Of a stretch of DNA of 64,000 nucleotides, positions 26,632 to 39,036 are shown in pieces. The stretch comes from Lama guanicoe (Eukaryota), in assembly GCA_013239625.1 (NCBI GenBank), contig MU054098.1:1737104-1801103 (forward strand), in the 5' to 3' direction. Positions within the stretch are counted from its first letter, which is position 1. Each line of letters begins with the position of its first letter. Under the pieces are notes generated by a model. That model saw only the letters and a list, made by a program, of their open reading frames with translations, had not been told where the DNA came from and searched no databases. The position numbers and the translations under genes were made by a program.

Positions 26632-28370
26632 CTTTATTTTTTTACTGAAGTACAGTTACAATGTGTCATTTCTGGTGTACAGCACAATGTCCCAGTCATG
26701 CATATATATACATACATATATTCATTTTCATACTCTTTCTCCTTCAAGGTTATTACAAGATATTGAACATAGTTCCCTGTGCTGTACAGAAGAAACTTTT
26801 TTAAAATGTATTTTTATACATAGTGGCTAACACTTGTAAATCTCAAACTCCCGAATTTATCCCTTCCCACCCCCTTTCCCTGGTAACCAACCATAAGATC
26901 GTTTACTATGTCTGCAAGTCTGTTTCTATTTTGTAAATGAGTTCAGTAGTGTCCTCTTTTTTCTTCTTTTTTTAGATTCCACATATGAGTGATATCATAT
27001 GGTATTTTTATTTCTCTTTCTGGCTTACTTCACTTAGAATGACAATCTCTAGGTCCATCCATGTTGCTGCAAATGGCATTATTTTATTACTTTTTATGGC
27101 TGAGTAGTATTCCATTGTATAAATGTACCAAAATTTCTTTATCCAGTCATCTGCCCATGGACATTTACATTGCTTCCATGTCTTGGCTATTGCATACAGT
27201 GCTGCTGTGAACATTGTGGTGCATGTATCTTTTCACATTAGAGTTTCCTCCAGATGTGTGCCCAGAAGTGGGATTGCTGGGTCATATGGTAAGTCTATTT
27301 TTAGTCTTTCAAGGAATCTCCATACTGTTTTCTATTATGGCTTCACCAAACTACATTCCCACCAACAGTGCAGGAGGGTTCCCTTTTCTCCATACCCTCT
27401 CCAGCATTTATTGTTCATGGACTTTTGAATGATGGCCATTCTGACTGGTGTGAGCTGATACCTCACTGTAGTTTTGCATTTCTCTTATAATTAGTGATAT
27501 TGAGCATTTTTTCATGTGCTTATTGGCCATTTGTATGTCTTCATTGGAGAATTGCTTGTTTAGGTCCGCTGACCATTTTTGGACTGGGTTGTTTGTTTTT
27601 TTCTTATTAAATTGTATAAGCTATTTATATATTCCGGAGATTAAGCTTTTGTCAGTCACATCATGTGCAAATATTTTCTCCCATTCCATAGGTTGCCTTT
27701 GTTTTGCTAATGGTTTCCTTTTCTGTACAAAAGCTTATAAGTTTAATGAGGTTCCATTTTTTTTTTTGCTTTTATTTCTATTGCTTGGGTAGACTGCCCT
27801 AGGAGAACATTGCTAAGATTTATTCCAGAGAATGTTTTGCCTATGTTTTCTTCTAGAAGATTTATCATGTCCTGTCTTATACTTAAGTCTTAAGCCATTT
27901 TGAGTTTATTTTTGTGTATGGAGTGAGAGAGTGTTCTAACTTCATTGATTTACATGCTGCTGTCCAGTTTTCCCAACAACACTTGCTGAAGAGACTGTCT
28001 TTTCTCCATTGTATATTCTCTGGCCTCCTTTGTCAAAGATTAACTGACCATAGGTCGCTGGGTTTATTTCTGGGCACTCTATTCTGTTCCATTGATCCAT
28101 TATGTCTGTTTTTATGCCAATTCTATGCTATTTTGATTACTGTAGCTCTGTAGTATTGTCTGGAGTCTGGGAAGTTTATTCCTTCAGCTTCATTCTTTTC
28201 CTTCAGTATTGCTTTGGCAATTCTGGGTCTTTTGTGATTCCACATAAATTTTAGGATTATTTGTTCTAGTTCTGTGAAAAATGTCCTAGGTAATTTGATA
28301 GTTATCACATTAAATCTGTAGATTGCTTTGGGTAGTATGGCCATTTTAACAAAAGTAACTCTTCCAATCT
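26632..28370 (-). mobile_element. Young 5'-truncated L1 (ORF2 C-terminus plus 3'UTR)
   Basis: Minus ORFs [12 protein letters not shown]...[14 protein letters not shown] and [13 protein letters not shown]; 3'UTR nearly the same type as 2299-2767. Confidence 0.92.
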
Positions 28371-28379
28371 TTTATAACA

Positions 28380-29020
28380 TCCCTAGATGTATCTTTGATG
28401 CCTAGTACATTGCCTGGCATACACCTGGCATTATATATTTAATACACATAAATTATAATTGGCTCTTATAGTTATTCAGAAATTCTCCATTCATGTATGT
28501 TTCCACTATCTTGGTAAAATTCCATGCATGACTCAGTGGCCTGTATCTTCAACACCCTCATACTTTACTCAGCCATCATCAATGCCAATGTCCACAGCTA
28601 CTCTGTTGCCAGAATAATATGTCTAAAATGCTATTTTTGTCATGTCTCTCACCTGCTAAAAACCACCAAACCACAAAACACACCAATGTCTCTCTTTCAT
28701 CCATAAGATAAAATTAAAACATTCAAACACTTTAATTTGCATCTAAAACTCTCCAAAACCTAGCCCAAACCTATTTTTTCAAGTATTTACCTCCCAAAAT
28801 TCCTCTGTACTCATAGTGTGCTTCCTTATTGGATTATTCTTCCTGTTTCACTCCAGCTGCTCAAGTTCCACTTCCTCTATGAAATCTTTCCCAGTTACTC
28901 CAACTCATTGTAAACTTATCATCTTATGAAATCCAATTATCATTTAAGTTTTGCATTTTGATGCAAAATATACCTTATCTTGCATTTTAAAACATATACA
29001 TATCTACCTATCTTGAAATT
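28380..29020 (+). mobile_element. L2 fragments
   Basis: gcctagtacattgcctggcatac; cagctgctcaagttccacttcctctatgaaatctttccc. Confidence 0.55.
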
Positions 29021-29469
29021 ATAATTTTTCAGAGTATAGGAACCACACTTGTTATTTGCTTCTTTGCCCACAATCCTAGAATAATAAGTGAAAACAGTAG
29101 ATAGAACACAGATACTTGCTGGTTAATTGGCACACTCACATTTCCCTCCCTCCATTCCTTTCTTTCATTTACTACTTTTGAGCATCTATTCTGTATGCCT
29201 GACAGTGAGGACATAAAAATGACAAGGCACATCCTCTTGTTTCAAGGACTTTACTGTCCAGATTTCTATCACCAAGGAACATTAAAGAATCCACTGATAT
29301 CTGGTGGAAGAGGTCTGAATTCTAATTTCTTGACCTGATAATCATTATTGCTTTTACAAAATTCTATTTTTGTCTGAACTTTCATTATTGCATTTTTTAA
29401 GGATACATTTGCTATTAAACAGAGGTTAGTGGCTAAAACAAAATAAGGGCCATGTAGAAGACTCTAGAC

Positions 29470-29648
29470 CAGTGATTCTCAAACCTTGGTTGCACATAAT
29501 CCCCTGGGGAGCTCTTAAAAGATATCCAATGCTTGTGTACCAATATAGATCTAATCAATCAGAATAAAGAGAGGTGGCCTATCTAGAAATCGCCTTTTTA
29601 AAAGCTCCCCAGGTGGTTCTAATATGCAACAAAAGGTGAAAAACACTG
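29470..29648. mobile_element. MER5A-like MITE
   Basis: TIRs cagtgattctcaaa / gtgaaaaacactg; 8-bp TSD ctctagac/ctctaggc. Confidence 0.8.
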
Positions 29649-30012
29649 CTCTAGGCTAAAATAAAATTGCATTTCTATATATTAATTACAACTATGTTGA
29701 AAGCATAGTAACAAACGTGTAATTTACATATTCATATGAAAATAAAATAGTGCCATCATATCCATTGGTTTAAACAAGTAAATGAGGAAATATCTTCTAG
29801 GAAATAATTTCAAAATTCTTTACTATTTTTAATCAGTGTGGATAAAGAAATTACCAGCTCTTACATCTTACAATATATTAGCTCTCTATTTTCATTTTGC
29901 AAAATTAAATTATGAGCTAAATTTCTCTCCATTTCTGTTTTTAAAATACTGGTTTGGACTGAGATGATCTAATAGCAAATGTATATTACACAAAGCTCAT
30001 ACGAATCTAGAG

Positions 30013-30199
30013 CAGTGGTTCTCAAATTCCTCAGGCCCTAGAATCACCTGGAAGATTTACTTAAACCAGATCGCTGAACCCCAGCTCCAGAGTTTCTGAT
30101 TCAGTAGGTCAGAGGTAGAACCCCATAATTTGCATTTTGGACAGATTCTGAGGTGATGCTGATGCTACTGTTCCAGAGATCACACTTTGAGAACCACTG
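30013..30199. mobile_element. MER5A MITE
   Basis: TIRs cagtggttctcaaa / tttgagaaccactg; TSD atctagag/ttttagag. Confidence 0.9.
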
Positions 30200-30327
30200 T
30201 TTTAGAGTAACAGCTCATAATAGATGTTTGATAAATATTTGATCAATTTGAGTCAAATGGTGTTTTGAGGGTATAGAACCCAAAGCACATTTCAATATGT
30301 ATAAGAATAAACCATATTTTCATCAGG

Positions 30328-30518
30328 TTACTATTTTTCAAGGTCTTGCTCGTGAATCACTATATAAAAATCACTTTAAGTAGCTATTTAAAATGCAGCT
30401 CCCTGGGTTCCATAAAAGACCAATCTAAATAGAATGTCGCTTGGTGTGGCCAAAGAGCCTGAACTTTTAACAAAATCCCTGGGCATTTCTTGCACACATT
30501 AAAATTTGAGAACTAATG
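30328..30518. mobile_element. Decayed MER5-like MITE
   Basis: tttaaaatgcagctccctggg...cacattaaaatttgagaactaatg. Confidence 0.6.
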
Positions 30519-31187
30519 TTTTACTTTCTTACACTAGTCTTTCTTTCTGGAATGCAGTTTCTCTCCATCTCTACAAAAATCCTGTCCCCTTCTTCAAAGC
30601 ACAGTTCAAATATAAATTATTTTCAAGCAGTCTCCTCTGATTTCATAATTACCACATTCAGCAGAAAGAGTACAGGGAACTGTTGGATGCTCTAGGATAG
30701 GGCAGTGAGGCAGCTGAAACAGAGGTGAAGGTTTGGCTCTGAGTTTTACACAGAGGTTATACACCTAAGTTTATAAATATGAATGGGAAGCTACAAGAGT
30801 TTTAAGGAGGATACATATAAAATTACTTAACAGTGAATCCCTTGGTCAATATAGTTATATTTGAGGTAGAGGTATGGGGGGCATGCATGGATAGGAGAGG
30901 AGATGTGGAGGAGAAAAGGAGACAGAATGGCTGCACATTGCATAACTTCAAGTGTGCATTAGGGAAAATGGATAATAACATTCACTGAGTTTCCTTTCCT
31001 TACCCAAGAGGAGAACAAAATAGGCAACCACCTTACTCAGTTGGTCTTGAGCCTATCATGGGGAATGAACAACATGAAGGAGTTAGATCAGGTAGTTGGC
31101 AATGGCATCCAAGAGGGCTGAGGGTTAAGTGTGGAGCTAATAAGTGACAGAGTTAGAAGCTGAACTCAAGAACTTCTTTAACACCTA

Positions 31188-31292
31188 TGGTAATTTTCTC
31201 TAAGTATGGTACCTGTCTTCCTGATCAGAATTTGCATTTCTTGCAAGCTCTCCAGATGATTTTGGTAAACACTAAATTTTAAAAACTACTAA
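31188..31292. mobile_element. Decayed, internally deleted MER5-like MITE
   Basis: atttgcatttcttgcaagctctccagatgattttggtaaacactaaattttaaaaactact. Confidence 0.5.
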
Positions 31293-31669
31293 TCTACTAT
31301 ACTGGAAATGTATGGAAAAGTATGATGATTATCAAAACTTGGACAAATCCTTGTAGCCTCCTCCCACTCAGCAGCTAGTAGAAATTATACAAACCAATGT
31401 AATACATAAAAACAGATGATACATATTTGGAAAAACAAAGAGGACCTTGAGGACTGGTATTAGGCACTTTCTTCTTCTTTTCATTCTCAACAGTTTATGT
31501 AAGATAATCATCCAGGCCATCAACTAATACTTACTGAATGCTTTTGATATATTTGCTACCACAGGATAATGTTGTTTGTAATTTGTTGTCTTAAATATCT
31601 CTCACAATTAAAGAAAAGAATTGCTAAGACATTGCTTTTTTTTTTTTCCTATAAAGAGCTAGAACCACA

Positions 31670-31830
31670 GACAGGACTTAGAGATCATTTAATCCAAACA
31701 TCTAATTTTAGAGACATGGAACTGATTGAAGCCCAGAGAGATCAAAAATTAATTTGTTCCAAGTCCCTAAACTATTGAGAGACACAGCCAGTGACTAGAT
31801 TTCTGGTCTCCTGTCAGTCTTGTGTTCTTT
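31670..31830 (-). mobile_element. MIR SINE
   Basis: ttagagatcatttaatccaaacatctaattttagagacatggaactga core. Confidence 0.65.
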
Positions 31831-32721
31831 TTTTAAAAGTGTCAAGATTTAGTGAATATTCTAGCAGCCCAAGTCTGTGGAAGTGTCAAACTCGCTGACT
31901 TCAGTGCCGTTTACTTTTATACAGAGTAGTGCTGGGATGGGGGTGTGGCTGCAGAAATTCACATCAATGTATATTTTGCAAAGCCTTCATGTAAAAGTTA
32001 AAAATAGGAAATGCTATAGCAAACATTTTGCCATATACTTTTATAAGAGTATGTGCTCTCTAGGTATAAAATGTTATCACCTCACCATCAAAAATTGATT
32101 GCTAGATTATCTTGCTAGCTAAAACAAACCATTAAGTGTAGTAGATTAGTACACTCTCCAGGTGATATTTATTCTCTTCATTTGACAATTGACTGGTCAC
32201 ACCTGCTTTCTTTTCCATAACATGTACATGTAATTATCAAGAAAAAGGCCTACCAGACATTCAGTTAGCCCAGCTGTCACACATCTGTTGCTGTCTCTAT
32301 AAATGTACCAATTTGCTGGTAATTACTCCTCTGATAACAATCAAAAACTTCACACCTTTTTTTTTTTTACTGTGATGGTCTCTTCTTCCATCAGAACTGT
32401 CTCAATGACTTTGTAATCCAAAGATTCCAGAACATGTTATCCAACAATTTCTGATCCTCCAAATGGACTGGCAAATAAGTCTGGCACCCACATAGCGATT
32501 TGAAAGCTTACAGATGTCTCGGTGTATTCCACTGAGTTTCAAAACAAGAACCTAGACTAGCTAACAAAAGCCATTATTTTACTCCAAACATGACTATAAA
32601 CTTGCTATGAGAGTGTAAGTAACTGCATTATTTTGTCCTAAGTTTTCCGATCTGTAGTATGTGCAGGAAGACTGACTTATCCATTACACTTTACAAATCT
32701 TTTTGGAGTTTAGTTCATGTT

Positions 32722-33180
32722 TGCTGTGTTCTCAAGGTTTGTGCCCCACCCCCCACCAAATTCATATGTTGAAAACCTAATGCCCAAGGTGATGGTATTA
32801 GGAGCAAGGGTTTGGGGGTGATTAAGTCATGAAAGCCGAGCCTTCATGGATGGAATTAGTTCCCTCCTAAAAGGCCCCAGAAAGCTAGCTCACTCCTTTT
32901 ACTATGTGAGAAGTCTGAAGCCCAGAAGAGGGCCCCCACCCGATCATGCTGGCATTCTGATCTGGGTCATCCAGTCTCCAGAACTGTGAGAAGTAAGTGT
33001 TTTGTTTGTTTGTTTTCTTTTTAATTGAAGTATAGTCAGTCACAATGCGTACAGCACAGGGAACTATATTCAATATCTTATTATAACCTTTAATGAAAAG
33101 GAATATGAAAAAGAAATGTTTGTTGTTTAAAAGCTGCCCAGTATATAGTATTTTGTTATAACAGCTGAAACTAACAGACA
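32722..33180 (+). mobile_element. Solo MaLR LTR (MLT1A-like) interrupted by a mini L1
   Basis: TG...CA ends, aaattcatatgttgaaaacctaat; 5-bp TSD atgtt/atgat. Confidence 0.85.
33012..33113 (-). mobile_element. About 100-bp young L1 3' end with 5' inversion
   Basis: T-tract plus aattgaagtatagtcagtcacaatg (minus) joined to gtacagcacagggaactatattcaatatc...gaatatgaaaaag (plus). Confidence 0.85.
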
Positions 33181-33334
33181 ATGATATATAAATTTCCTTG
33201 GGCATCAACTATGTTGTGGTAATAGCTTCTTTTGGAAATTTGAAATTTATAAATCTACTAGCTGTTTTTCTTAATAGATTAAGTAATAAATACTACCACT
33301 TATTTATATAGCACTAGATTATTCAAAAGAGTTT

Positions 33335-33440
33335 CAACCATAATGCATTAATTTAAGTACCTACTATGTGCCAGACATTGTGCTAGGTGCTAGAACTATA
33401 AAAATGACTAAAACCCAGTCCCTTGCTTTTGGAGTCTGAA
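33335..33440 (-). mobile_element. L2 3' end
   Basis: cctactatgtgccagacattgtgctaggtgctag. Confidence 0.7.
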
Positions 33441-34469
33441 GCAGCCCTATATAATCTCTTTCCTGCTCAAGTTCTCAGCCAATTGAGATGTAGGACATAG
33501 CAGTAAGGTAGATAGGTACCAATATAAACTTTATATCTCATAAAACTGATATTCAAGAATATGTTATTTCTAAGGCCAGGTGGGTTTCATAACCAGAATT
33601 AATTATAAACTTAAACATGTACCAGGATTAGACCTAAAAAATGGAGCCAATCCCCGAAGAACAGCACAGGGAACATGCTCCCTGCAGGCAGATGCTCCCA
33701 AGGAAGTAGGAGACAGGAAAGGGCTGCACTACACATGCTTAATCTCTGCGTCCGAAGTTACTGATCAAATAATGTAGTCCTCTCTTGTCCCCAGTTAAGA
33801 ATGAATAAAGAAATAGATAGAGGCCAGGTGTATTATATTAAAGAATGTCTTTCCACGTAGAAGGAAACATCAGGAGTAAAGAGGAACCAGTCCCCCACCC
33901 CGACACCTGCCCCCTGCCCTCAAGGACCTCCTCTCTTTGATATTCACAGAAACCCTGAAAGGTAAATAAGAAGTAATTATTTTATATGTTTCATGTACGA
34001 GGAAGCTGAGATCTGGAAAAGTCACATAGCTAGGTTGAAATCAAGAGAATAATATCTCAATTCTTTATGGCTTGGATTTGGATATTGTTACCAATAAAAT
34101 CAGATCAGGGACTTGTCTACACAATGCTACATTCTTTCTTTTGCAAGGGAAACACAGTCACAAAAACATCTGGAATCAAAGCTTAGCTAAGATTTTGACC
34201 AAAACATCTATCATCTTGTGTATAGATGGGGTTATTTGCAAATTTGAATCTTCTACCTAAGAACAGATAAGCTTTAAAAAATTGAATGACACTCTAGTAA
34301 AGTTTTTATAGGGAAAGCAGCCAGGCAAAGGTGAGACAAACAAGTAAGATGAAAGAAAACCAGGCAGTTATCCAATGCTCAATATGAGAAAAAGAATGCC
34401 TAATCTGGTCAGCTGGCACTGTGTTTCTATGAGAGTTATAAGAGTCACTAATACTTGTTGAGATTCTGA

Positions 34470-34690
34470 CATTTTTAGATTCTGGCTAAAAGCACTATTT
34501 ATGTGCACTATCATTTAATTTTTACAACAAATGTACAAAGAACTTATATCTTTCTTTTCAGAAGGGAAAACAGATTTATTTAGATCAAGTGACTTATCTG
34601 TTTTTCACATAATCACTAATATATGGTAGTGTAAGGATCTGAACTTAAGACTTCTGACTCGAGAGCCCATGTCCTTAACCAGTACATTAA
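34470..34690 (-). mobile_element. MIR SINE
   Basis: tcatttaatttttacaacaa...ggatctgaacttaagacttctgactcgagagcccatgtccttaacc. Confidence 0.7.
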
Positions 34691-34934
34691 GAGAAGAAAT
34701 TGAGTTACCTCTGGATGCCGCACATTCCAGCAAGGGAAAATTAAATAGATCTAAGATAGCCACTTTATTTTCAAGCTTGTAATACAGTTAGATACACATC
34801 ACGCAAGCATTAAAAAGGCTGAAAAAACGTTGACAGTGCACAAGTGAGCACAAAGGAACATACTAATAAGTGCACGAACTCTGAGAGGAGCTGGAATGAA
34901 AAAGTGATCAGAGCAAGAGTGAAGCTGACAAGCC

Positions 34935-35092
34935 CGTGCGTTTAGAGATGGGATAGCCTGCTTCAGGAAGTAGTCAATCCTCATCATTGGAGGGGTGTCC
35001 CACACAGGTTGGATGGACAAACACGTGGTAGATCAATTTGGGTTGTTTTGAATTGCTTCTAAAGTCCCAACAAACCTGAGAGTCTGTGATTT
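34935..35092 (+). mobile_element. L3/CR1 3' end
   Basis: ggaagtagtcaatcctcatcattggaggggtgtc...tctaaagtcccaacaaacctgagagtctgtgatt. Confidence 0.6.
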
Positions 35093-35900
35093 AGTCAACT
35101 TACTTTGAATAGCCACCATGTGCCTAGTACTAGGATAAGCTCTTTTCACAAAGAGAAATAAGACACACCCTCAAGGAGCCCACAGTCTAATGCGGCAGTT
35201 AGCACAACCCAGAAATGTAGACTGAAGCACAGTAAGTGCGCATATGGCATGGGAGCAAGAAGACCTACGCCTAACTCGAATTGGGAAGGGGGATTAAAAA
35301 GGGAAATTGGACATTTCTTAGAGGTAATGCTTAAACTAACCCTTGAAGGAAGAGTAAAATTTAGCCAGGTGTTCCAGTTATCTATCGCAGTGTCACCAAC
35401 TATCTCTAAAACTTAAAACAATAGGTATTTATTCATAATCTGGGTACCCACTTAGCAGCTGGGCTGACTGGTATAGAATACAATAGTTTCATTCACATGC
35501 CTGGTGCCTTGGAGGAGATGGCCTTAAAGATGGGTCTCAGCTAGAACCCTCTCTCCCTCTCCACAAGATTCATCCAGCAGAGTAGGTGGATTCTTACAAG
35601 GTGACCCTGAGCTTCAGGAATGGGTGCCCTAAGTGATCAAGATGGAGGCTGCAAGGCTTCTTATAGCTTAGCCTCAGAAGTCAGGCGGTATCACGTCCAA
35701 CATAATCTATTGGTTACACATATGGGCCAGTGTGGGTGGGGACACACAATCGTGTAAATACTCGGAAGGTGTGGTTTATTGGAGGCTTGCATATAGTCTG
35801 GTTACCACATCAGGCTAAGATGTTTGGGAGACTGGGAGTGTACAATTTTCAGCTAGATGGGATATCATGCACAAAGACCAAGGCATATGAGAATAAGTCC
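35090..35900 (-). mobile_element. L2 3' region split by an MLT1 LTR
   Basis: ccctcaaggagcccacagtctaa; ccttgaaggaagagtaaaatttagccagg resumes as caggctaag after the LTR. Confidence 0.65.
35370..35809 (-). mobile_element. Solo MaLR LTR (MLT1G-J-like)
   Basis: tgttccagttatctatcgc...ggttaccaca; 5-bp TSD ccagg/tcagg. Confidence 0.78.
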
Positions 35901-36027
35901 TGAGAAACACTGGCATGGCAGTGCATGAGCCAAGGGATGACCCGGGCCACGCCCTATTTCTCTGCCTTCCAGGCATCGGCTCCTGCATCCTAGGTCCCAC
36001 ATAGATGACCCTAAAACCAGAAATGAG

Positions 36028-39000
36028 GGATCGTTTCAACAGCCTATCAAAACATGGTGGACTACTATGATGTTCTAGGTGTGCAGAGACATGCCTCAGC
36101 CCTTTAAGGCTATTAAAAAAGCATATCAGAAACTGGCGCTGAAGTGGCAACCAGATAAAAATCCTGAAAATAAAAACTAAGCAGAGAGAACATTCAAACC
36201 CTGAGAATAAAGAATAAGCAGAGAGAAAGTACAAACAAGTAGCTGAGGTGTACAAGGTGTTATCAGATGCTAAAAAACAGAACATCTATGACAAATATAC
36301 CAAAGAAAGGTTAAATGGTGAAGGTTAAAGTGGAAGTCATTTTAACAATCCGTTTCAGTTTGGCTTTACATTCCATAACCCAGATGACGTCTTCGGGGGA
36401 TTTTTTGGTGGAAGGGATCCGTTTTCATTCGACTTCTTCAAAGACCCTCTTGAGGACTTTTTTTGGAATTGAGGAGCCCCAATGGAAGCAGAAGGTGAGG
36501 CACAGAGTCTTTTTCTCTACCTTCAGTGGATTTCCATCTTTTGCAGGGAGATGTGCTTCTTTGATACAGGATTTACCTCCTTCGGCTCACTAAATCACAG
36601 AGTCTCACTCTTCCATGTCATTTGGTAGTAGTTGGATGGGCAACTTCAACTCTTTATCAACTTCTGAAATTGTTAATGGCAGAAAAATCACTACCAAGAG
36701 TAGCGTCGAGAATGGTCAAGATAGAGCAGAAGTTGAAGATGACCATTTAAAGTCGTTAAGGATAAATAATAAGGAGCAGCTGCTATGCTTGGATAACAAG
36801 TAATTCAACGCATGCATTTAACAGAAATGTTAACTGTAACAAGTTCCATTTGGGGGTTAACAGGACTTTTTTTGAAGATATCAAATGAACTCAACTTTCA
36901 GTATAACTGTACCTGAAGTATTTATAAACAGCTCATCCTAGCCACTGTTGGTTATAGACTTTGAGTTTATTGTCAGGAACACATAATAGGACCATTTTTT
37001 GGTCTTTAAAATTGTTGTTCATCTCTGCATGCACTTTGCTTTACTATTAAAAGTAATCCAGGGTGGCTGTGACTCTTTCCTACACAAACACTAGCACAGA
37101 CCTGCTTTTCTATTGTGTTTGAAATGTGAGCCACGTAGTGAAAGCCTGCTGTGAAGACTGCTAGGATAAATCTTCCATAAAATATATATATATTTTTAGT
37201 ATTTAGTACTGAAATACATTAATGCACTAATGGTAATGCATTTCTCATTTAATTAATATAAACAGGATGTTTTCTAGTTGTGCATGAATGCTGGCAACTT
37301 AGTAAGTTTTGATAATTGTTTATTTTATTGAAGTGTAGTTTACTTACAATGTTATATTAGTTTTGTGTGTAAAATATAGTGATTGGTATTTTTATATATT
37401 ATATTCCATATAAATGTATTATAAAATAATGCCTATATACTCTTACTGTACATTACATCATTGTATCTTGTTTATTTTATACCTAGTAGTTTGTACCTCT
37501 TAATCTGCTTCACCTATTTTGTCCCTCTCCCCACCCATCTCCCCACTGGTAGCCATTAATTTATTCTACCTGTGAGACTGTTTCTGATTCGTTATATTCA
37601 TTCACTTTTTTATTTTTTATATTCCACATATAAGTGAAAACGGACAGTATTTATCTTTCTCTGACTTACCAAAGTAAGCATAGTATCATCCAGGTCCACC
37701 CCTGTTGTTGGTGGCAAAATTTTTATTTTTACTTTTTTATGGCTCAGTAATATCCCATTGTGTGTGTATGTATGTGTATGTGTATAAATATATATATTTT
37801 TCACATCTTCTTTATCCATTCATCTGTCGATGGACATTTAGGTTGCTTCTGTATCTTGACTATTGTAAATAATACAGCTATGAACATTAGGGTGCGTATC
37901 TTTTTGAATTAGTGTTTTCATTTTCTTTGGCTATATACCCAGGAGTGGAATTGCTGGATCATATGGTAGTCCTACTTTCAGTTCTTTGAGGAACCTCCAT
38001 ACTGTTTTCCACAGTAGCTATGCCAATTTACATTCTCACCAACACTGTCCTAGGGCTTTGTTTTCTCCACATTCTTGCAAAGACTTGTTATTTTTTGTCT
38101 TTTTGATGATAGTCCTTCTGACAGGTGTGAGGTGATATCTCATTGTGGTTTTGATTTGTATTTCCCTGATGATGAATGATGTTGAGCATCCTTTCGTGTC
38201 TGCTGGCCATCAGTATGTCTTCTTTGGAAAAATGACTATTCAAGTCTTCTGCCCATTTTTAAATTTTTTAAAAAATACTGAATCATATGAATTCTTTATA
38301 TATTTTTGATATTAACCCCTTATCAGACAAATCATTTGCAAATATCTTCTCCCATTCAGTGAGTTGCATTTTTGTTTTGTTGATGGTTTCCTTTAATGTG
38401 CAAAAATTTTTAAATTTGATTAGGTTCCACATGTTTATTTTTGCTCTTATTTCCCTCACCTGAGGAGACAGATCAAAAAAAAATTGCTAAGACCTATGTA
38501 AAAGAGTGTACTGCCTATGTGCTCTTTTAGGAGTTTTATGATTTCAGGTCTTACATTTAGGTCTTCAATCCATTTTGAGTTCATTTTTTTATATGGTGTG
38601 AGAAAATGTCCTAATTTCATTCTTTTTCATGTAGCTGTCCAGTTTTCCCAACACTATTTATTAAAGAAACTATTTTCTCATTGTATTTTTTGCCTGCTTT
38701 GTCACAGATTAACTGACCATATGTGCATGGGTTTATTTCTGAGCTCTCTATCTTGTTTCATTGACCTATGTGTTTGTTTTTGTGTCAATACCATACTGTT
38801 TTGATAACTGTAGCTTTGTAGTATAGTCTGAAGTCTGGGCGTTTAATACCTCCATCTTTGTTCTCTTTTCTCAAGATTGTTTTGGCTATTTGGGGGTCTT
38901 GTGGTTTCATACAATTGTTTAAATATGTAATGTTAAGCTTAGGTTTTTAAAAGTGAAGCTGGTAAACTGGGTCTTTGTCATTTGCTTAAAAAAAAGAAAA

Positions 39001-39036
39001 TAAGTATGAGTGTATTTTGATGCATTAAAAAAAAAA
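36028..39036 (+). pseudogene. DNAJB6: Processed pseudogene of DNAJB6 isoform b (Hsp40), 3'UTR split by an L1
   Basis: Intronless MVDYYDVLGVQRHAS (ATG 36054) ... LALKWQPDKNPEN ... [25 protein letters not shown] ... NGRKITTK ... [10 protein letters not shown] (36803); isoform-b-type 3'UTR at 36804-37321 and 38913-39026; A-tail; multiple stops and frameshifts. The 5'UTR may extend to about 35912. Confidence 0.95.
37322..38912 (-). mobile_element. 5'-truncated L1 (L1MA9-like or early laurasiatherian type) inside the pseudogene 3'UTR
   Basis: Antisense ORF2 C-terminus plus 3'UTR; TSD aattgttt at 37314-37321 and 38913-38920; TTT/AA endonuclease-type site. Confidence 0.92.

Noticed and set aside
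35815..36285. 156-aa minus-strand ORF
   Set aside because: Antisense to the DNAJB6 pseudogene and L2 remnant, with no recognisable protein features.
36315..36593. 92-aa ORF within the pseudogene
   Set aside because: Mostly out-of-frame DNAJB6 sequence that drifts between frames at indels.
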